NCBI GenBank assembly: GCA_900128565.1
Contig: LT635943.1
Coordinates: 1-35,501, forward strand
DNA length: 35,501 bases
Reading direction: 5' to 3'
From: Stramenopiles sp. TOSAG23-6
Lineage: Eukaryota
Position numbers and translations under genes: made by a program. This document shows, in pieces, positions 29,889-35,501 of this stretch; position 1 is the stretch's first letter; the number at the start of each line of letters is the position of its first letter. The notes below the pieces were generated by a model. That model was not told where the DNA came from, made no database searches, and was given only the letters and a program-made list of their open reading frames with translations.

Positions 29889-32542
29889 ATGTTTGTTGTA
29901 AAGCGATCAGGAGAGAAACAGCCTGTGCAATTTGATAAGATTACTGCTCGTATCAAAAAGCTATGCTGGGGTCTTGCTATCGATCCAACTTTGATTGCTC
30001 AAAAAGTTGTCATGGGTGTTTATCCTGGTGTGACAACCGTTGAACTTGACCGTCTTGCTGCTGAAACTGCTGCGTACTCAGCAACTGAGCATCCAGATTT
30101 TTCAAAGCTCGCTGCTCGCATTGAAGTATCTAACCTTCACAAAAATACTCTAAAGAGTTGGGCAAAGACCTGCAAAGTTCTTCACTCGTATGTTCATCCA
30201 AAGACAGGCCTCAATGCCTCTCTTATTTCCGACGACGTGATGGAAATCGCAGAAAAGTATGCTGATCAACTCGACGCAGCTATTATATATGATCGTGATT
30301 ATGATTATGGTTACTTTGGATTCAAGACCTTAGAGCGTGCATACCTACTACGTGTAAACGGAGTAATTGTTGAGCGTCCTCAACACATGCTCATGCGTGT
30401 CGCAGTTGGTATACACAAGGATAATATTCCAAAAGTTTTGGAAACGTATGAAATGATGTCAACTAAACATTACACACATGCAACACCAACCCTATTTAAT
30501 GCTGGTACTCGACGCCCTCAAATGTCATCCTGTTTTCTCATGACTATGAAAGAAGACTCTATTGAAGGAATTTATGACACTCTTAAAAATTGTGCATGCA
30601 TCTCGAAGTATGCTGGTGGTATTGGTATTTCAATTCACAATATTCGTGGATCTAACTCCTATATTCGTGGAACCAATGGTTCTTCAAATGGTCTTGTACC
30701 AATGTTGAGAGTTTTTAATGATACTGCTCGTTACGTTGATCAAGGGGGAGGAAAACGAAAAGGATCTTTCGCTGTTTATCTCGAACCTTGGCATTGTGAT
30801 ATTCTTGAATTCCTTCAACTGAAAAAGAATCATGGTAAAGAAGAAGCGCGTGCAAGAGATCTCTTTTATGGACTTTGGGTTCCTGATTTATTCATGGAAC
30901 GCGTTCAAAAGAATCAAGATTGGAGTCTCTTCTGCCCAAATGAATGCCCAGGTCTCGCTGATTGTCATTCGGAAGAATTTGTAGCTCTTTATACTAAATA
31001 CGAAAACTCAGGCAAAGCTCGTACAACGATGAAAGCTCAAAAACTTTGGTTTCAAATATTGGAGTCTCAGATCGAAACCGGAACTCCCTATATGTGTTTC
31101 AAAGATGCTTGTAATAGCAAATCTAACCAAAAAAATCTTGGAACTATCAAATCGTCAAATCTTTGTACTGAGATTATGGAATATACTTCACCAGATGAAA
31201 TTGCTGTCTGTAATCTTGCGTCTATCAATCTTTCCAAGTTTGTTGATGCTAAAAATCGAACATATGACTTTGAGAAACTCGTCAAGGTGTCTGAAATGTG
31301 TGCATATAATTTAAATCAAGTCATTGATTTGAACTACTATCCAGTTGAAGAAGCTCGTAATTCAAACATGCGTCATCGACCAATGTATGTTTTATTTTTT
31401 TTCAATATCAATTTTTTTTTCATACGAAAGTTTGTACCTAACGAATTTTTTTTTGAAATATTTTTCCAAAATACATTGGTATCGGAGTTCAAGGTCTTGC
31501 TGATGCTTTTATGCTTATGAAATATCCTTGGGAATCTCCGGAAGCGAAACAATTGAACAAAGATATCTTTGAAGCTATTTACTATGGTGCCATGAAATCA
31601 TCCATTGAATCTGCTAAAAAAGATGGACCGTACTCTACATTCCAAGGATCACCTCTTTCTGAAGGCAAGTTTCAATTTGATTTATGGGGTGTCACACCAG
31701 AATCAGGTCGTTTTGATTGGGATGCTCTTCGTACTGAAGTCATGAAACATGGTGCTCGTAATTCACTTCTCATTGCTCCTATGCCAACAGCTTCTACTTC
31801 TCAAATATTGGGAAATAATGAATGTTTCGAACCATACACTTCAAATATTTATTCACGTAGAGTTCTTGCTGGTGAATTTACTGTTGTCAATCGACATGTA
31901 CATTATCATCATTTATTTCATTTTTTTTTTTAAAACAAAAATCCTACAATTTCACAAACCTAACGAATTTTCAAATATAAAACAACATATTGTTTAACAA
32001 CACAGATGCTTACCGAACTAATTGACTTGGGCCTTTGGACACCTGAAGTTCGTAACCAGTTAATTGCTGATGGTGGCTCTGTTCAAAATATTCAAGGAAT
32101 TCCTGATGAGACAAAACAATTATTTAAAACTGTTTGGGAAATTAAACAAAAGTGTTTACTTGATATGTCAGCTGATCGTGGTGCATATGTATGTCAGTCA
32201 CAGTCTCTTAATGTTCATATGGCTGCTCCTAATACTGGAAAACTCACATCAATGCACTTTTATGCATGGAAAAAAGGACTGAAGACTGGAATGTATTACC
32301 TACGAACACGACCAAAAGTTGATGCAATTCAATTTACTGTCGATCAAGCTTCATTGAAGGTCACTCGAGCAATGAAAGACACTACTATCTCTGGCACAGA
32401 AAACAAAGCTCCTACAAATGTTTTGAAAGTAAAAAAAGAAAGTGCATCAAAATCAGCGCCTGGTAGTGGAAGTTGGAGTAAAGCTGGACCAGTTGCACCG
32501 TCTAGAAATGAAGTTGAAGAGTGCTTGAACTGTGGATCCTAA
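29889..32542 (+). CDS. RRM1: Ribonucleoside-diphosphate reductase large subunit; exons 29889-31382, 31475-31897, 32006-32542 (817 aa)
   Basis: ATP-cone [34 protein letters not shown], spliced [36 protein letters not shown]-terminal CLNCGS. Confidence 0.97.
31383..31474 (+). other. Non-canonical intron (AT...AC / GT...AT), 92 nt
   Basis: CGACCA|ATGTATGTTTT...TTCATACGAAAGTTTGTACCTAAC...AAAATAC|ATTGGTATC; exact removal restores the highly conserved RP-IGIG. Confidence 0.92.
31898..32005 (+). other. Canonical GT-AG intron (degenerate family member), 108 nt
   Basis: CGACAT|GTACAT...ACCTAACGAAT...CAACACAG|ATGCTT; gives VNRH-MLTEL and removes an in-frame stop. Confidence 0.88.
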
Positions 32543-33054
32543 GAGACGTGTACTGTGTGTACGACGTAGACTAGAGCATTTGCAATTTTACGATGTTGGG
32601 TATTTCTACGAGCATCCAACTGTTCATCAGAGTAGTAATATATGTTGATTATTTCTTTTTTTTATATTAATTGGCATACATAAAATTATTCAAAAAGACG
32701 ATTGCTATCATATTCTTTTTCATTTACTTTTTTTGAACTCTTTTGCGTAAAAAATATTTTTTAATACAATGAAAAACATAAAAAAAGATAAAGTAACAAA
32801 CAATAATAAACAAAAATAACCAGTCAAGACCATTTTACTGATAAAGTGCACTTACACCACCACAAAATAATATAAATAATAATTGTGTTTTGGTCTAAAG
32901 TAAGTAATAATATATAGCTCAAACTAAAACATCTATACGACATACTAAAAATGTACATCATATACTTGCATTAACTTGAACAAATTATTTGCGACATATT
33001 CTTAAATGAAAACATCTAAATATACGTCACCAATTCATGAAACCAATACATTGA

Positions 33055-34233
33055 TTAAGCCGCGATTGGAGCCTTGGAAGCAAGTGGACCAAGAGTCTTA
33101 TCTTTTTCAGCAGCAGTTTGAAATCGACCGTGACCAAATTTGGAAGACGTATCGATAAAGGAAAGAACAATTTCTTCACGAGCTTGAATAGAGACATTTG
33201 GTACAATGCTTTTACGGAGAGTGATGACACGCTTCTTGCAACCTACAACACAGCCCTTGAGCATAATCCAGTCATTACGGACAATACCGTAGTGAGGGAA
33301 ACCACCCATTGGAGTGATAGATTTAGCTGTGAGATCAACTTCTGTGGAGCATGAAGTTTCATCTCCTTTCTTACCGATGCGGTAAATCTTCTTGTTGACT
33401 TCGGTACGGTGATGGTAACCATTCTGACCAGCACGAGCAACAGAGAATGACATACGAGCAGGATGCCATGAACCAATACAAGCGACCTTGCGAAGACCAC
33501 GGTGAGTTTTTCGTGGAAGACGAGATGTTCCCCAACGAGTTGTTACACCTTCAAATCCTTTACCCTTGGTTACACCAATGCAATCAATCATTTCATCCTT
33601 GTTGAAAACGTTATCAATTGGAATTTGCTGTTCGAGAAGAGAGGTAGCAAAATCAACCTTTGCTGCAACATCACCACCGTTAATTTGGATTTCCATGACG
33701 TGAGCTTTCTTCTGGCGGAGGTTGAGTTCCTTCATCTGAGTGTGCGCGATGACACGGATGACTTGGCAGTATTTCTTCATGCGAGCAAGCTCATTGTTAA
33801 TGTCCTTCTCGGATTCAGTACCGTACTTCTTAGCAAACTTGGTGAAAGCTTTTTTCTTGGAAGCGTACCAGTTCTTGTAGAAGCGGCGTCTGACGCAATC
33901 ACTCAAGTGCTGAGCCCAGACAGTGGTAAGAGTACGGAGGCCACGTGGAGTTTCGACGTAACCAACAACTCCTACAACAATCATTGGTGGGGTTTCAATA
34001 ATGGTAACAGCCTCAACGATCTCTTTCTTGTGGAGACCAGAGCCAAGACGGTCAACAGTGCGCTGGATGTGAGTCATACCAGCCTTGTAGCCCATGAAAG
34101 CGGTAAGGTGAGGTGCGACGGAAACATCATCCTTTGGAAATTTACGGATGCGACCACGGTGACGTGCGCAACGCTTACGTGGGAGGAACCCAAGGGAACC
34201 ATGACGAGGAGCTTCGAATTTACGGTGAGACAT
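33055..34233 (-). CDS. RPL3: 60S ribosomal protein L3 (uL3), intronless
   Basis: [21 protein letters not shown]...GYKAGMTH...[16 protein letters not shown]...[13 protein letters not shown]. Confidence 0.98.
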   Translation of the reverse strand: MSHRKFEAPRHGSLGFLPRKRCARHRGRIRKFPKDDVSVAPHLTAFMGYKAGMTHIQRTVDRLGSGLHKKEIVEAVTIIETPPMIVVGVVGYVETPRGLRTLTTVWAQHLSDCVRRRFYKNWYASKKKAFTKFAKKYGTESEKDINNELARMKKYCQVIRVIAHTQMKELNLRQKKAHVMEIQINGGDVAAKVDFATSLLEQQIPIDNVFNKDEMIDCIGVTKGKGFEGVTTRWGTSRLPRKTHRGLRKVACIGSWHPARMSFSVARAGQNGYHHRTEVNKKIYRIGKKGDETSCSTEVDLTAKSITPMGGFPHYGIVRNDWIMLKGCVVGCKKRVITLRKSIVPNVSIQAREEIVLSFIDTSSKFGHGRFQTAAEKDKTLGPLASKAPIAA

Positions 34234-34537
34234 TTTAGTTTATAGTGGTGTTAAGTGCTCAGAACAACAAAAAAACAACCACACGAGACAGCGACAACCA
34301 CTCTTCAAAAGTCGCGTGTGACTGACTACATAAGCAAAAATTCAGAAAAAGCAGGTTTGCGCAAGAATTTTTTTTTCTGAAACGTCCAAAAAAATAAAGA
34401 GTTTTTCAACTCTTCTTTTGAGTTAATCCAATAGAGCTACTAATATTTATCATATAGGTAGTAAACAATTTAAATTCATTCTCCCAAGGACATGTTCTCA
34501 TGCATCATTCAACATGTCATGAATACTAAACTGCGTC

Positions 34538-35501
34538 ATGCGTAGTAGAATATCCAGAGTCGAACCTGATATAATCATTGATACCAATGATCGACATTGC
34601 AAAAATGGTAAAGTTGTGCCGACAAAAAACAGTGATACTGAAAAGGCTGCTATCCCTTCCCTACCATCAATAAAACAACCACCAATAAGCGACGGAGTAG
34701 TTATAATGAAACAACAGCTAGCAAAAATGAAACGAGATCATCTTTTCTATTTAAATCGTGCTACGTCACCTTGGATGCTTTGGTGGGATATATATATCAT
34801 TCTTCTTTTAGTATACACTGCTATAGTCACCCCCTATCAAGTAGGCTATCTATCACCTGAGTATAATATTTTTTTTTACATTGATCGTCTGATTGATTGT
34901 AGTTTTGCATTAGATATGGTATTCTGTATATTTACAGCAATATGGGATGAAGAAAATGAACGATGGGTTTATGACCACAAAGCAATTCTTTCTAATTACT
35001 TTCGGTTTTGGTTTTTTATTGATTTTGTTGCAATCATTCCATTTGACTGGTTTGCTTTAGCAGGTGAAACAAATGGTGAAAGGGTACCTCAATGGATGGT
35101 TTATATGAGAGTTTTACGCCTTACGAGATTATTGCGTTTGTTTAAATTATTTGGTTTGCTTCAGAAACGAAATTACAATGTATACTTTGGAATTTCATAT
35201 AGTATGTACGTTTTCATTAGTAATTTCAAATTATTTTTTTCGTACGTAATTTTGTACCTAATGAGAAAACAGTGACATATTTTACACTACACATGATTTC
35301 TATATCAAAATGTGTTTGTATAATTGCCGTTGTAGCACATTTATCTGCTTGTTGTTGGGGTTTAGTAGGTAGTATTGAATTAGTTGATTGGACTGGATGG
35401 TTCGTTCATTATGGTATACAAAATGATACAGAAGTTTATATGTTTTCAAAATTGGATTGTTTACCTACATTTTTTTTTTTTTTTTGGTAAAAAAATTTTG
35501 A
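34538..35501 (+). CDS. Cyclic-nucleotide-regulated/EAG-like cation channel, 5' part (runs off window); exons 34538-35203, 35293-about 35435
   Basis: S1-S4 motifs WDIYIILLLVYTAIVTPY, IDCSFALDMVF, NYFRFWFFIDFVAIIPFD, LRLTRLLRLFK; S5 AHLSACCWG after the intron. Confidence 0.85.
35204..35292 (+). other. Non-canonical intron (AT...AC / GT...AT), 89 nt
   Basis: TATAGT|ATGTACGTTTTC...TTCGTACGTAATTTTGTACCTAAT...CTACAC|ATGATT; phase 0, joins to the S5 helix frame. Confidence 0.82.

Noticed and set aside
31383-31474. U12-type (minor spliceosome) AT-AC introns
   Set aside because: Donors are ATGTAYKT rather than ATATCCTT, branch sites are CCTAAC-like rather than TCCTTAAC, and they lie 31-43 nt from the 3' end.
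29889-32542. Pseudogene, programmed frameshift or self-splicing intron/intein explanation for the split RRM1 and other genes
   Set aside because: The interruptions are short AT-rich segments with shared spliceosomal-type signals, exons are otherwise intact, and there is no ribozyme core or homing endonuclease.
33502-34245. 247-aa antisense ORF over RPL3, and other short overlapping ORFs in the track
   Set aside because: Shadow ORFs of codon-biased genes with no recognisable motifs.
35206-35272. Canonical GT-AG alternative using internal AGs at 35265 or 35272
   Set aside because: Both shift the frame and lose the AHLSACCWG S5 helix.
1-35501. CRISPR arrays, tRNA/rRNA genes, transposase or viral genes
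   Set aside because: No regularly spaced repeat-spacer units, cloverleaf/rRNA signatures or transposase motifs were seen; the gene content is eukaryotic housekeeping.

Overview
This window is compact, AT-rich eukaryotic nuclear DNA with about 20 protein-coding genes and short intergenic spacers. It is probably from a flagellated protist, possibly a stramenopile (inference from gene content). Recognisable genes include a RING-finger protein, a beta-hydroxyacid dehydrogenase, PSMG4, PUS10, OAT, an Mpv17/PMP22 protein, a TMEM218-like protein, COX10, RRM1, RPL3 and a partial cyclic-nucleotide/EAG-type channel. The main discovery is a family of 85-118 nt related introns, most of which do not fit GT-AG splicing. 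Eight have the form AT-GTAYKT...(YTAAC-like branch)...AC and are removed in frame only as AT-AC or, 2 nt shifted, GT-AT/GT-TT. They lack the U12 (ATATCCTT) signature. Two family members are ordinary GT-AG. The flanking AT duplication, short terminal inverted repeats (GTAT...ATAC) and shared internal motif suggest a transposon-derived Introner family spliced at non-canonical termini. Intergenic regions also carry recurrent GTTACCCGGT (Reb1-like) and telomere-repeat-like motifs. All splice assignments are inferred from reading-frame restoration, not from transcripts.
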